From the NCBI GenBank assembly GCA_964650515.1, contig CAZYUB010000003.1:4096-68095 (forward strand): a stretch of DNA of 64,000 nt. The letters run 5' to 3'. Shown piece by piece: positions 28,607 through 38,767 of the stretch. Position numbers and translations under genes: made by a program. The notes under the pieces were generated by a model. The model was not told the origin of the DNA and did no database searches. It worked only from the letters and a program-made list of their open reading frames with translations. The number at the start of each line of letters is the position of its first letter. Within the stretch, counting starts at the first letter, position 1. Source of the DNA: an uncultured Planctomycetia bacterium (GTDB lineage: Bacteria > Omnitrophota > Gorgyraeia > Pluralincolimonadales > Pluralincolimonadaceae).

Positions 28607-31207
28607 ATGAGGATCGTATATTACCTAATACTGCTGTGTCTTATAGCCACAGCAGTTTTCATTTTCCACCCGTCAGCGCCGCCGGTATTCGTCTGCGAAG
28701 ACACGGTCTCGAAGCAGGTGCTCGATAACGGCCTTACCGCCATAGTCAAGAGTTCCGGCAAGGTGCCAATGGCCGCCGTAAGGCTTGTGATCAGGGCCGG
28801 GTCGGCGACAGAGGGAAAGTACGCGGGCAGCGGCATATCGCATTTCGTCGAGCATATGCTCTTCAAGGGCACCGCGAACCTGCCGGTCGGCGAAATAGAG
28901 AAGAGGATAAAATCTTACGGTGGCAGCATCAACGCCTCGACCTCCCACGATACGACGGAAGTATACCTTACTGTAGAAGCGAAGCATCTCGGGAAGGCAC
29001 TCTCGTTGTTGTCCGATTTTGTCTTCAATCCCTCATTCAACGAATCCGAGTTCCAGAAGGAGAAAGAGGTCATCCTGAACGAGATAAGGATGGGAAGGGA
29101 CGACCCGTCGCGGGAGTCCTCGAGATTGTTGTGGGAGACGGCTTATTCCCTGCATCCGTACAGGTATCCGGTCATAGGGTATGAGGGATTGTTCAGGCAG
29201 CTGAAGAGGGCGGACCTCGCGGAATATCATTCGGCGCATTATGTGCCGAATAATTGCGTGCTGTCCATTGTGGGCGATGTAGGCGCGCAGGAGGCTCTGG
29301 AATATTGCGCCGGAACTCTTGGAAAACTCCCGCGCAGGCCGGATCCGGCAATAATAAAGGCCGCCGAACCCCTGCAGATGTCCGAAAGGTCGGCGCAGGC
29401 CCGCAAGGAGGGCCTGAAGCTTTCAAGGGTGCTCATCGCGTTCCATACGACGAGCCTGGCGGATAAGGACCTTTACCCGCTCGACCTGCTTGCCGCTGCG
29501 CTCGGGCAGGGAGAGAGCTCGCGTCTTTACAGGAGCATAATAAAGGACAAGAGGCTCGCGTTCTCCGTCTCCGCGTATAATTATACGCCGTCCGACCCGG
29601 GGCTCTTCATCGTATCGATGGTGCTTGATGAGGCCGATGCCGGGCGCGCTGTCGAGGCGGTACTCTCTGAGATATCCGCGGTAAAGAAGCGGTCGCTCGC
29701 TTCGCGCGAGCTCGCGAAGATAAAGAGGGCGGTCATCAGCGGCTATATATACGGGAAAGAGTCGATCGAGGCCCAGGCGGACGATTTTGTCTCGGGCTAT
29801 GTCTCCACGGGCGACTATGATTATTCCCGCAGGTATATCGAAGGGCTGGGCCGGGTCAGGGCGGCCGACATCAGCAGGGCAGCGTCGCATTACCTTAATA
29901 TTGACAACATGACAGTGGTCAGGCTGATGCCAGCGCTGGAGGGGCCGCCGGAGGCGGCGCCGTCCGCGGGCCCCGCGAAACGTATAGACATTATAAGCAA
30001 AAAACTCGGCAACGGCGCGACCCTGCTCTTAAGCAGGGACGATTCCCTGCCGGTGGTATCGGTATGTATCGCCTTCAAGGGAGGCGTCAGGGCAGAGGAC
30101 GAAAGCAATAACGGCATAACGAGGCTGTTGTCGGGCATGCTGCTGAAAGGGACGAGGATGCGTTCGGCGGCGGCGATAGCCGAAGAGACGGAATCGCGCG
30201 GCATAGAGATATCGGGATTCAGCGGAAAGAACGCGTTCGGCATATCGGCGAAATGCCTGAAAAGCGATTTCAGGGGCACGCTTTCGCTCATCCGCGATAT
30301 CCTCGCGAACCCGAGGTTCCCGGAGAAGGAACTGGCCATCGCGAAACAGCTCCAGCTCGCGGCGATAAAAGCGCAGGACGACGATATCTTCGCTGTCGCA
30401 TCCAAGGAGCTCATCAGGACGGTGTTCCCGTCCCATCCTTACGGTATGCCGGACCTCGGGAACGCGGAGTCGGTCTCCGGTATCGGCAGGAAGGACCTGC
30501 TGGATTTTTACAGGTACTACGCGGTGCCCGAGAACATGGTCATCGCGGCGTTCGGGGATATTGACGCCGGCATGCAGAGGAGGATGGAATCCGCGTTCGG
30601 AGGCCTGCAGAAGGAGAGTTTCAGGGGCATAGCCGTGCCGCGGGAACAGGAGCAGCTCGCGCCGAGGAAAGCGTCGAAGACAATGCCGAAGGAACAGTCG
30701 GTGCTGATGCTGGGCTACCCCGGCATAGACGTTAAGGACAAGGACAAGTACGTCCTTGATATCATAAACTCGATATTGAGCCGTGAAGGCGGAAGGTTGT
30801 ACAGGGATATCCGCGGCAAGCTCGGCCTGTCATACGCGCTCGGTTCGTTCTCTGTGCTCGGCATAGACCCGGGTTATAACGCGTTCTATGTGTCGGCCTC
30901 ATCCAAGGACATAACCGAGGCGAAGAACATAATATTGAACGACCTTAAGGCCGTGAAGGCCGAAGGGCCCACGCAGGAAGAGATGGAGAACGCGAAGAGC
31001 GACCTGAAGGGCTCATATTACATGGGGCTTGAAGTGAATTCCGACATCGCTTTCAGGGCATGCCTCGATGAACTGTACGGGCTCGGTAGCGGCGAATTCC
31101 TGAAGTATCCGGAAATGGTGGATGCCGTGACCGCGCAGGATGTCATGACGGCGGTAAAAAGGTATTTCCCCGACTCAAAGATGAACGAGGTGATCGTTAC
31201 CCCATGA
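28607..31207 (+). CDS. Fused tandem M16 (pitrilysin-family) zinc peptidase
   Basis: Inverzincin motif HFVEH in the first half, and a second M16-like half. 866 aa. N-terminal TM anchor. Confidence 0.85.
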   Translation: MRIVYYLILLCLIATAVFIFHPSAPPVFVCEDTVSKQVLDNGLTAIVKSSGKVPMAAVRLVIRAGSATEGKYAGSGISHFVEHMLFKGTANLPVGEIEKRIKSYGGSINASTSHDTTEVYLTVEAKHLGKALSLLSDFVFNPSFNESEFQKEKEVILNEIRMGRDDPSRESSRLLWETAYSLHPYRYPVIGYEGLFRQLKRADLAEYHSAHYVPNNCVLSIVGDVGAQEALEYCAGTLGKLPRRPDPAIIKAAEPLQMSERSAQARKEGLKLSRVLIAFHTTSLADKDLYPLDLLAAALGQGESSRLYRSIIKDKRLAFSVSAYNYTPSDPGLFIVSMVLDEADAGRAVEAVLSEISAVKKRSLASRELAKIKRAVISGYIYGKESIEAQADDFVSGYVSTGDYDYSRRYIEGLGRVRAADISRAASHYLNIDNMTVVRLMPALEGPPEAAPSAGPAKRIDIISKKLGNGATLLLSRDDSLPVVSVCIAFKGGVRAEDESNNGITRLLSGMLLKGTRMRSAAAIAEETESRGIEISGFSGKNAFGISAKCLKSDFRGTLSLIRDILANPRFPEKELAIAKQLQLAAIKAQDDDIFAVASKELIRTVFPSHPYGMPDLGNAESVSGIGRKDLLDFYRYYAVPENMVIAAFGDIDAGMQRRMESAFGGLQKESFRGIAVPREQEQLAPRKASKTMPKEQSVLMLGYPGIDVKDKDKYVLDIINSILSREGGRLYRDIRGKLGLSYALGSFSVLGIDPGYNAFYVSASSKDITEAKNIILNDLKAVKAEGPTQEEMENAKSDLKGSYYMGLEVNSDIAFRACLDELYGLGSGEFLKYPEMVDAVTAQDVMTAVKRYFPDSKMNEVIVTP

Positions 31208-32013
31208 TACGCGAACCTGCCGTATCGGGCCGGTTCTATCCCGGGACTAAACAGGCGCTCCGGAAGGAAGTGGATAAGTATATAACCGAAGGGCCTGCAT
31301 CAAAGCCGGAGGCCATAGGCGTAATATCCCCGCATGCCGGATACGTGTATTCCGGGCCGGTCGCGGGCGCGGCGCTTTCAAGCGCGGCCCTTAAGGATAC
31401 CTGCATAATAATAGGGCCCAACCACACCGGGCTCGGAAAGCCGTTCTCAATAATGACGGAAGGCGTATGGCGGCTGCCTTCCGGGGATGCGGAGATAGAT
31501 TCGCGCCTGGCGAAAACCGTCCTTTCGGGATCGTCCTATCTCGAAGAGGACCGAGACGCCCATCTCGGCGAACATTCCGTCGAGGTCCAGATACCGTTTT
31601 TGCAGGCGCTGAAGCCGGGCGTCAGGATAGTGCCAATAGTGCTTGCCGAAGCCGACCTGCAGGCATACCGGAGCATAGGCAAAGAAATGGCCGCAGCGAT
31701 CAGGTCCGCCAAACCCGGCGGCGCGACGATAATCGCGAGTTCCGACATGACCCATTACGAGCCGCGGGAATCGGCGGAGGCCAAGGACAGCATAGCGATA
31801 AAGGCGATGCTAGACCTCGACGAAGGGGCGCTGGCCGGCGCGGTCGGGAAGCACGGGATATCGATGTGCGGTTATGTCCCGGCGTGCGTCATGATCGCCG
31901 CGGCTAAAGAGCTCGGCGCGAAGGGCGCAAAACTCATAAAATACGGCACGAGCGGGGACGCGTCCGGCGATTACGGCTCGGTCGTCGGCTACGCGGGGAT
32001 CATCGTCTATTAA
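31204..32013 (+). CDS. MEMO1-family protein (AmmeMemoRadiSam system protein B-like)
   Basis: Conserved GVISPHAGYVYSG and GPNHTG motifs. 269 aa. Confidence 0.8.
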   Translation: MIREPAVSGRFYPGTKQALRKEVDKYITEGPASKPEAIGVISPHAGYVYSGPVAGAALSSAALKDTCIIIGPNHTGLGKPFSIMTEGVWRLPSGDAEIDSRLAKTVLSGSSYLEEDRDAHLGEHSVEVQIPFLQALKPGVRIVPIVLAEADLQAYRSIGKEMAAAIRSAKPGGATIIASSDMTHYEPRESAEAKDSIAIKAMLDLDEGALAGAVGKHGISMCGYVPACVMIAAAKELGAKGAKLIKYGTSGDASGDYGSVVGYAGIIVY

Positions 32014-32053
32014 TTGTTGCGCGGGCAAACAAACAGGAGTAATATAGACCGCT

Positions 32054-32335
32054 ATGGAATTACACGATAAGATGGGGAATGAAGGGTCCAGGTATGAACC
32101 GAGCTTCAACATATTCATAACGAGCCTCGGGATGCAGGCGATGATATTCCTCGGCGAAATGGCCAACCCGGTCAACAACGAGACGAAGGTCGAGCTCGAA
32201 CGCGCGAGGTATATGATCGAGACGATAGCCATGATAAAGGAGAAATCGCAGGGCAACCTGTCGGCGGAAGAGCAGAAGCTCATAGACGACGTGCTTTACG
32301 GGCTTAGGCTCAAGTACGCGGAGAAATCGAAATGA
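32054..32335 (+). CDS. Small conserved hypothetical protein (93 aa)
   Basis: SD GGAG upstream. Weakly recalled resemblance to a DUF1844-like family, not verified. Confidence 0.5.
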   Translation: MELHDKMGNEGSRYEPSFNIFITSLGMQAMIFLGEMANPVNNETKVELERARYMIETIAMIKEKSQGNLSAEEQKLIDDVLYGLRLKYAEKSK

Positions 32336-33261
32336 CGGTATTGCTTGCCGTCATATCTGCGCTGGTGTTCGTGTCGCTTGCCGTGTCGGTATACCTTTTC
32401 ATTAAAGTCAGGAACCTGCCCAAGGAGATCGCCGGCGGCGTCAGCGGCGCGATACAATCGACGACGGGCGCGATAGGCGACATGAACAGGAGCCTCGGCG
32501 AGCTCAAGACAAGGGGCGAGAGGCTCGAGGAGTTCGGCAGGGCGATAAACGAGATAGGCAACCTGCTGAAACCGCCGCAGATACGCGGAATGACGGGCGA
32601 ACTCCTTCTCGAGAAGATACTTTCCGACATGCTTCCGCCCGGCAATTACGAGATGAAATACTCGTTCCGTTCCGGGGAGCAAGTCGACGCGGTCATAAAA
32701 TTCAGGGAGTTCATCCTGCCGGTCGACTCTAAGTTCCCGCTCGACAGTTTCAGGAGGATGCTCGAGTGCGAGGCGGATGACGATAAGCGCCGCTGTTTCA
32801 GGGAGTTCGTCCAGGCGGTCAAGAAACAGATAGACAGCATCGCGAAGAAATACATATCGCCGAGCGAGAAGACCTTTGAGTTCGCGCTGATGTACGTGCC
32901 GTCGGAGAGCGTCTATTACGAGGCGATAGTAAGGGATTCGTCGCTGCCCGGCGAAGAGTCGTCGCTTCTTGCCTACGCTGCAAAGAACAGGGTGTATATC
33001 GTCTCGCCCGCCACGCTCTATCCTTACATAGCTACGATAGTGCACGGACTCAAGGCGTTCAGGATCGAGGATAACGCGAAACAGATACTCGAGAGGATAG
33101 GCGCTCTCAGGAAGGATTTCGAGGATTTCAAGGGGACGTTCGACATTGTCGGAAGCCATCTCAACGACGCGCACAAGAAATACACCTCGGAGGCCGCACG
33201 GAAACTTGCCAAGTTGGACGCCGACCTTGACTCCCTGGAACTCCGCCGCAATGAACAGTAA
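32332..33261 (+). CDS. rmuC: DNA recombination protein RmuC-like
   Basis: N-terminal TM segment, coiled coil, and conserved FALMYVPSESVYYEA region typical of RmuC. Confidence 0.8.
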   Translation: MTVLLAVISALVFVSLAVSVYLFIKVRNLPKEIAGGVSGAIQSTTGAIGDMNRSLGELKTRGERLEEFGRAINEIGNLLKPPQIRGMTGELLLEKILSDMLPPGNYEMKYSFRSGEQVDAVIKFREFILPVDSKFPLDSFRRMLECEADDDKRRCFREFVQAVKKQIDSIAKKYISPSEKTFEFALMYVPSESVYYEAIVRDSSLPGEESSLLAYAAKNRVYIVSPATLYPYIATIVHGLKAFRIEDNAKQILERIGALRKDFEDFKGTFDIVGSHLNDAHKKYTSEAARKLAKLDADLDSLELRRNEQ

Positions 33262-34210
33262 ACTGTCCGTATTCCTGCGCGTGGCGGTAAGCCTGACGTT
33301 TATCGGGCTGCTGTTATGGGTTTTCAGGAAAGACATCCCGGATATATTAAGTACGCTTAAGGGCATAAGGTATCCCGAATTCCTGCTGGCGGTATTCTTC
33401 AATCTTTTCGCCATAATAATCGTCTCCTACAGATTGAAGGTCATGCTCAAGGTCCAGGGGCTCAACCTTACCGTCATGGAGTCGGTTTACCTCACTTTCA
33501 TCGGCAATTTCTTCAATAATTTCCTGCCGACCTCGATAGGCGGCGATATCGTAAAAGCGTATTACGCGACAAAGAAGAGCGAGAGGAAACTCGAATCATT
33601 CTCGGCGGTATTTTTCGACAGGTTCTTCGGTTTCCTTTCGATAGGGCTGCTCGCGCTGCTCGGGCTCATATTCATGTACGGAAGGATAGAAGACCCCAAG
33701 CTCGTCTGGGGGTGTTCGATATTCGCCGGCTCGGTGATCGTTATCTTCGCGGTCTTCCTCAATAAAGGCCTGGCGAAGCTGCTCTTCTCGGGCTTGCTCT
33801 CACTGCCGGCTTTCCAAAAGGGCTCGAAGCTGCATAAATTTTACAGCGCGTTCAGCGCGTATAAGGACCGTCCGATGACGGTGGCCGAAGTGCTGGGCCT
33901 CTCACTCGCAGCGCAAATGATCGCGGTCGTATCGCTCTATTTCCTCATAAGGTGCCTTTCACAGGAGGTCTCCCTGCTGAACCTATTCCTGATCATGCCG
34001 CTTGTCTCCGTCGCCTCGATGATGCCTTCAATAAACGGCCTCGGGGTAAGGGAGGGGGCGTTCGTTATATTCCTGAGCGAGTTCATGAGCAAGGAAGGTT
34101 CCATGGCCGTGTCGATACTGTTCCTCGCGATGGTAATATTAGCGGGCCTGATCGGCGGCGTGCTCTACCTTTTCTCAAGCAGGCTTTACAAAATACCGAA
34201 AGTGGGATAA
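33251..34210 (+). CDS. Flippase-like / lysylphosphatidylglycerol-synthase TM-region (UPF0104) membrane protein
   Basis: Start moved to ATG 33251. Polytopic membrane protein with motif FIGNFFNNFLPTSIGGDIVKAYY. Confidence 0.7.
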   Translation: MNSKLSVFLRVAVSLTFIGLLLWVFRKDIPDILSTLKGIRYPEFLLAVFFNLFAIIIVSYRLKVMLKVQGLNLTVMESVYLTFIGNFFNNFLPTSIGGDIVKAYYATKKSERKLESFSAVFFDRFFGFLSIGLLALLGLIFMYGRIEDPKLVWGCSIFAGSVIVIFAVFLNKGLAKLLFSGLLSLPAFQKGSKLHKFYSAFSAYKDRPMTVAEVLGLSLAAQMIAVVSLYFLIRCLSQEVSLLNLFLIMPLVSVASMMPSINGLGVREGAFVIFLSEFMSKEGSMAVSILFLAMVILAGLIGGVLYLFSSRLYKIPKVG

Positions 34211-34219
34211 AATACTACC

Positions 34220-34663
34220 ATGAAAAAGATACTTGTCATACACGGGCCGAACCTTAACCTGCTTGGCAGCCGCGAGGTAGGTATCTACGGCAAGGTGACG
34301 CTCAAGCAGATCGACTCCGAGCTGTCGAAGATAGCCAGGGCGGAAAAGGTCTCCCTCGAGACCTTCCAGTCGAGCCACGAGGGGGAGATAGTAGAGAAGA
34401 TAGGCGGCGCAAAAGGCAAGTTCGCCTGTATACTCATCAATCCCGCGGCATATACCCATACCTCGGTAGCGATAAGGGACGCGATCGCTGCGGTCTCGAT
34501 ACCGGCCGTTGAAGTACATCTGTCAAATATCCACGCCCGGGAGGAATTCCGGCGCACCTCGCTCATCGCCCCGGTTGCCGCAGGGCAGGTCAGCGGCTTC
34601 GGCCTCGACAGTTACAGGCTCGGGCTCATGGCCGCTATCGGTATAGCAAAAAAGACAAAATAG
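34220..34663 (+). CDS. aroQ: 3-dehydroquinate dehydratase type II
   Basis: [19 protein letters not shown] is diagnostic of type II DHQase. 147 aa. Confidence 0.92.
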   Translation: MKKILVIHGPNLNLLGSREVGIYGKVTLKQIDSELSKIARAEKVSLETFQSSHEGEIVEKIGGAKGKFACILINPAAYTHTSVAIRDAIAAVSIPAVEVHLSNIHAREEFRRTSLIAPVAAGQVSGFGLDSYRLGLMAAIGIAKKTK

Positions 34664-34674
34664 AACGGGACAAA

Positions 34675-35739
34675 ATGGAACCCTACTCAAAACGCATAAA
34701 TAGGGCTGCGGGCCTTTTGCGAAAACACGGCATAGATTCCATACTCGTGACGAGGCCTCAGAACGTCAGGTACTTGAGCGGATATACGGGCGAGGACGCG
34801 TGCCTTTTCATCACGAAATCCAAAAGATACCTGATCACGGACGAGAGGTTTGCGCTGCAGGCAAAGCGTGACGTGAGCGGTTTTGCGATAGTCATAGCCA
34901 ACTCGCCGGTAAGCGACATAATATTCCGGCTTGCGCGGAAGCAGAAGATCAAAAGGCTCGGTTTCGAATCCTCCCACCTAAGCTATGCCGCTTATGAAAG
35001 GATATGCTCGGGCGCGCCCGGATGCGAGGTCGTATCCGTGCACGGCATGATAGAGGTCCTAAGGCAGGTGAAGGACCGCCAAGAGATAGAGCATATAAGG
35101 AATTCCGTGAATATCCTCGAGAACGCGGTCGCTTATTTCAATTCCATACTCAAACCGGGCCTCAGCGAGAACGACCTTGCTGCCAGGACCGAGTATTTCA
35201 TAAGGGCGGCAAGCGGCGAATGGGCTTCGTTCGAGCTGATAGTGGCGTCCGGGACCAACAGCGCGTTCCCCCATGCCCGTCCGAGTGACAGGATAATCCG
35301 TCCTAACGATATGGTCCTATTGGACTTAGGAGTCAGCTACGAGGGGTACAAATCCGACTTGACACGGGTGTTCTTTTTGGGTAGAATTGATTCCGAGCAT
35401 AAGAAGATTTATGATATAGTCAAGGAAGCGCAGAGGCGTTCGATAAAGGCGATCAAGCCCGGCGCGAAGATATCGTATATAGATAAAATCGCGCGGGGCT
35501 TTATTAACGGCAAAGGGTACGGCAAGAGGTTCGGCCATTCCCTCGGCCACGGCATAGGGCTTGAAGTCCACGAAAGTCCTTCCGTCTCCAGCAGCAACCA
35601 CGCTGTCTTAAAGCCCGGTATGGTGTTTACTGTCGAACCGGCGGTCTATGTCCCGGGATGGGGCGGGGTAAGGATAGAGGATATGGTGCTTGTAACCACG
35701 AAAGGATGCGAGGTATTGACAGATGATATCGACAAGTGA
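34675..35739 (+). CDS. Xaa-Pro aminopeptidase (M24B family)
   Basis: Creatinase-like N-domain plus M24 pita-bread domain. HGIGLEVHE motif. Confidence 0.85.
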   Translation: MEPYSKRINRAAGLLRKHGIDSILVTRPQNVRYLSGYTGEDACLFITKSKRYLITDERFALQAKRDVSGFAIVIANSPVSDIIFRLARKQKIKRLGFESSHLSYAAYERICSGAPGCEVVSVHGMIEVLRQVKDRQEIEHIRNSVNILENAVAYFNSILKPGLSENDLAARTEYFIRAASGEWASFELIVASGTNSAFPHARPSDRIIRPNDMVLLDLGVSYEGYKSDLTRVFFLGRIDSEHKKIYDIVKEAQRRSIKAIKPGAKISYIDKIARGFINGKGYGKRFGHSLGHGIGLEVHESPSVSSSNHAVLKPGMVFTVEPAVYVPGWGGVRIEDMVLVTTKGCEVLTDDIDK

Positions 35740-36280
35740 TCTGAAAAACGGTTTGACTATCAAGATGGACGGGCAACTCTTCCAGGTCATAGAGTTCCAG
35801 CACGTAAAACCCGGCAAGGGCGGCGCCTTCGTAAAGACGAAACTTCGCAGTTTGACCACGGGCAACGTGCTCCCGAAGACATTCCGCTCGGGAGAAAAGC
35901 TTGAGGACGCCTTTATCGAGTATAAGAAACTGCAGTTCCTTTACGTTTCCGGCGACGAATACCATTTCATGGAAGAGAAGACGTACGAGCAGTTCCAGCT
36001 GACGACAGAGCAGATGGGGGATGTCCCGCATTTCCTGAAAGAGAATATGGTCGTCAACGCTTCTTTCTATGAGGGAAAGCTTATGTCGATCGAGCCCCCG
36101 ATGTTCGTGGAACTGGCTGTAGTTGAGGCCGATCCTGGCATGAAAGGCGATACCGCCAAGAGCGGAACGAAAGCCGTGAAGCTCGAGACCGGGTATACGA
36201 TACAGGTCCCGCTGTTTGTCGAGGCCGGGAATGTGCTGAAGATAGATACGCGCACCGGAGAATACGTCGAAAGGGTCTGA
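35723..36280 (+). CDS. efp: Elongation factor P
   Basis: KPGKGGAFVKTKLRSL loop region. 185 aa. Confidence 0.93.
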   Translation: MISTSDLKNGLTIKMDGQLFQVIEFQHVKPGKGGAFVKTKLRSLTTGNVLPKTFRSGEKLEDAFIEYKKLQFLYVSGDEYHFMEEKTYEQFQLTTEQMGDVPHFLKENMVVNASFYEGKLMSIEPPMFVELAVVEADPGMKGDTAKSGTKAVKLETGYTIQVPLFVEAGNVLKIDTRTGEYVERV

Positions 36281-36303
36281 TAGACGACTAAAAGGGGGGA
36301 TAC

Positions 36304-36771
36304 ATGAACGTCAAAGAACTTAAAGAGATGATCGCCCTGATGAACGAGAACGGGCTGGTCGAGATAGAGATAGAGCGCGAAGGCCTCAGGATAAGGCTCA
36401 AGAAAGGCCTTTCCGGCGTGCCGGAGATAACGCAGGAAAGCTATATCATGCATGCTCCCCAGAGTGTCCCGTCCGCGGCTGCAGCGGCAGCCGTCGCGAA
36501 GGAAGCCGCAGCTGCGGCCGCAAAGTCCAACTATTTGGAGATAAAGGCCCCGATGGTAGGCACTTTCTACAGGGCCCCCGCCCCCGACGCGCCCGCGTTC
36601 GTCGAGAAAGGCGCGATGATCGAGCCCGGGCAGGTCGTCTGCATTATCGAGGCGATGAAGCTGATGAACGAGATTAAGTCGGAAGTCAAGGGCAAGGTCG
36701 TGGACATAACGGTCGAGAATGCCCAGCCGGTAGAATTCGGACACGTACTTTTCTTAATAGAGCCCGCTTAA
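36304..36771 (+). CDS. accB: Biotin carboxyl carrier protein of acetyl-CoA carboxylase
   Basis: Ala/Pro linker. Biotinyl-lysine motif EAMKLMNEI. Confidence 0.92.
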   Translation: MNVKELKEMIALMNENGLVEIEIEREGLRIRLKKGLSGVPEITQESYIMHAPQSVPSAAAAAAVAKEAAAAAAKSNYLEIKAPMVGTFYRAPAPDAPAFVEKGAMIEPGQVVCIIEAMKLMNEIKSEVKGKVVDITVENAQPVEFGHVLFLIEPA

Positions 36772-36774
36772 ACA

Positions 36775-38133
36775 ATGTTCTCAAAGATACTTATTGCGAA
36801 CCGCGGTGAAGTAGCGCTTAGGATAATAAGGGCATGCAGGGACCTCGGGATCAAATCCGTCGCCGTGTATTCAGAGGCCGACAGGGATTCCCTCCATGTA
36901 AAATTCGCGGACGAATCTGTCTGCATAGGTTCGCCGGCTCCGGCGGGCAGCTACCTGAACATACCGAGCATAATAAGCGCCGCGGAGATATCGGATGTCG
37001 AGGCGATACATCCCGGATACGGGTTCCTCGCCGAGAACGCTCACTTCGCGGAAGTATGCGAATCCTGCCAGATAAAGTTCATCGGGCCGACTCCCGAGGC
37101 GATGCGCCTGCTTGGCGACAAGATGGCCGCCAAGGAGACGATGAGGAAGGCCGGCCTTCCTACGATACCGGGCAGCTCCACGATAGTCAAGGAGAAGGAA
37201 GAGGCGCTGCGGGTCGCGCATAAATTACAATACCCTGTGATAGTGAAAGCCGCTGCGGGCGGCGGCGGCCGAGGCATGAGGATTGCTCATAACGACGTGA
37301 GGCTCGTCAGCGTGCTCCTGACCTGCCAGGCGGAAGCTGAGGCGGCGTTCGGCAACCCGTCGGTATATATAGAGAAATACGTCCCGAACCCGAGGCATGT
37401 GGAGTTCCAGATCGTGGCGGACAAATACGGCCACGTGGTCCATCTCGGAGAGAGGGACTGCACGATACAGAGGCGCCACCAGAAACTGCTCGAAGAGTCC
37501 CCGTCGCCGGCTGTCGACGCGAAGCTTAGGAAGAAGATGGGGGATGCCGCAGTCAAGGGCGCGAAGGCTGCCAACTACACGAACGTCGGCACGATAGAGT
37601 TCCTGCTGGACGAGCACGGTAATTACTATTTCATGGAGATGAACACGAGGATACAGGTAGAGCACCCGGTGACCGAGATGGTGACCGGCATCGACCTCGT
37701 TAAAGAGCAGATACGCATAGCGGCAGGCGAGCGGCTCTCGTTCGACCAGGACCGCGTGAAGTTCAACGGCCATGCGATAGAATGCCGCATAAACGCCGAG
37801 GACGCGGACAATAATTTCATGCCGTGCCCGGGGAAGGTCTCGTTCTTCCACGCGCCGGGCGGCCCCGGGGTCAGGGTCGACTCGCATGTATACCAGGGCT
37901 ATTCGATACCGCCGTTCTACGATTCAATGATAGCCAAGCTGATAACCTACGGCAAGAACCGCGCCGAAGCGATACAGATAATGCAGCGCGCGCTCTCCGA
38001 ATTCACGATAGAGCCCATAAAGAACACGATCGATTTCCACAAGCGGCTGACCTCGGACCCGGCGTTCCTGCGCGGCGAGGTCACTACGGAATTCATAGAA
38101 AAGAAGATGGCCGAAAAGGAGGGATCGCAATGA
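36775..38133 (+). CDS. accC: Biotin carboxylase
   Basis: ATP-grasp. [22 protein letters not shown]-terminus. 452 aa. Confidence 0.93.
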   Translation: MFSKILIANRGEVALRIIRACRDLGIKSVAVYSEADRDSLHVKFADESVCIGSPAPAGSYLNIPSIISAAEISDVEAIHPGYGFLAENAHFAEVCESCQIKFIGPTPEAMRLLGDKMAAKETMRKAGLPTIPGSSTIVKEKEEALRVAHKLQYPVIVKAAAGGGGRGMRIAHNDVRLVSVLLTCQAEAEAAFGNPSVYIEKYVPNPRHVEFQIVADKYGHVVHLGERDCTIQRRHQKLLEESPSPAVDAKLRKKMGDAAVKGAKAANYTNVGTIEFLLDEHGNYYFMEMNTRIQVEHPVTEMVTGIDLVKEQIRIAAGERLSFDQDRVKFNGHAIECRINAEDADNNFMPCPGKVSFFHAPGGPGVRVDSHVYQGYSIPPFYDSMIAKLITYGKNRAEAIQIMQRALSEFTIEPIKNTIDFHKRLTSDPAFLRGEVTTEFIEKKMAEKEGSQ

Positions 38134-38744
38134 ACGTATTGAATAGGATAACGATGTTCTTCTTCCTGATCGTCTTCATAGCGATCGGATTGTTCCTTAT
38201 CGCTGTCTCGGTAAGGTCCGTCGAGAGCGAGCCGGTGCTCAATGCGCTTGATTCGATAAACCAGTCGATGACCTTGAGGGTGGGCGTCGGCGTGGTCGGT
38301 TTCCTTCTCGTGATCGTATCATGGGCCGTATACCAGTTCACGGTGGCCAGGATACAGCGCCAGAAGAACATTGCCTTCAATAATCCCGACGGCCAGGTTT
38401 CAATATCGCTGTCGGCGATAGAGGAGTTCATCAGGAAGATAGGTTCCTCGTTGCCGGAAGTGAAGGAGCTGAAATCGGACTGCATAGCGACCAAGAAGGG
38501 CATAGACATATCCACGAGGGTGGTATTCTGGGCCGACGCGAACATCCCGGAGTCGACAGAGAAGATACAAGGGATAGTCAAGGCGAAGATACAGGAGATG
38601 CTCGGAATAGACGAACCGATCATCGTGAAGATACATGTTACGAAGATCGCGACGCGCACAGAGCCGAAGCCCGTCGTGAAGAAGGGCAAGGACAAGGAAG
38701 ACGTAAGCCTGCCGTTCGGCGGGGTGGATTTCAGGGGAGAATAA
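38130..38744 (+). CDS. Asp23/alkaline-shock-protein-family protein with N-terminal membrane anchor
   Basis: Start moved to ATG 38130, an ATGA overlap with accC and SD AAGGAGGG. Asp23-like core [13 protein letters not shown]...AKIQEMLG. Confidence 0.65.
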   Translation: MNVLNRITMFFFLIVFIAIGLFLIAVSVRSVESEPVLNALDSINQSMTLRVGVGVVGFLLVIVSWAVYQFTVARIQRQKNIAFNNPDGQVSISLSAIEEFIRKIGSSLPEVKELKSDCIATKKGIDISTRVVFWADANIPESTEKIQGIVKAKIQEMLGIDEPIIVKIHVTKIATRTEPKPVVKKGKDKEDVSLPFGGVDFRGE

Positions 38745-38767
38745 GCCAAAACTAAAAGGGGGAATTG

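Noticed and set aside
32296-33414. 372-aa minus-strand ORF antisense to rmuC
   Set aside because: Same antisense artefact. It is Arg-rich with no recognisable domain. The plus-strand RmuC-like gene has conserved motifs.
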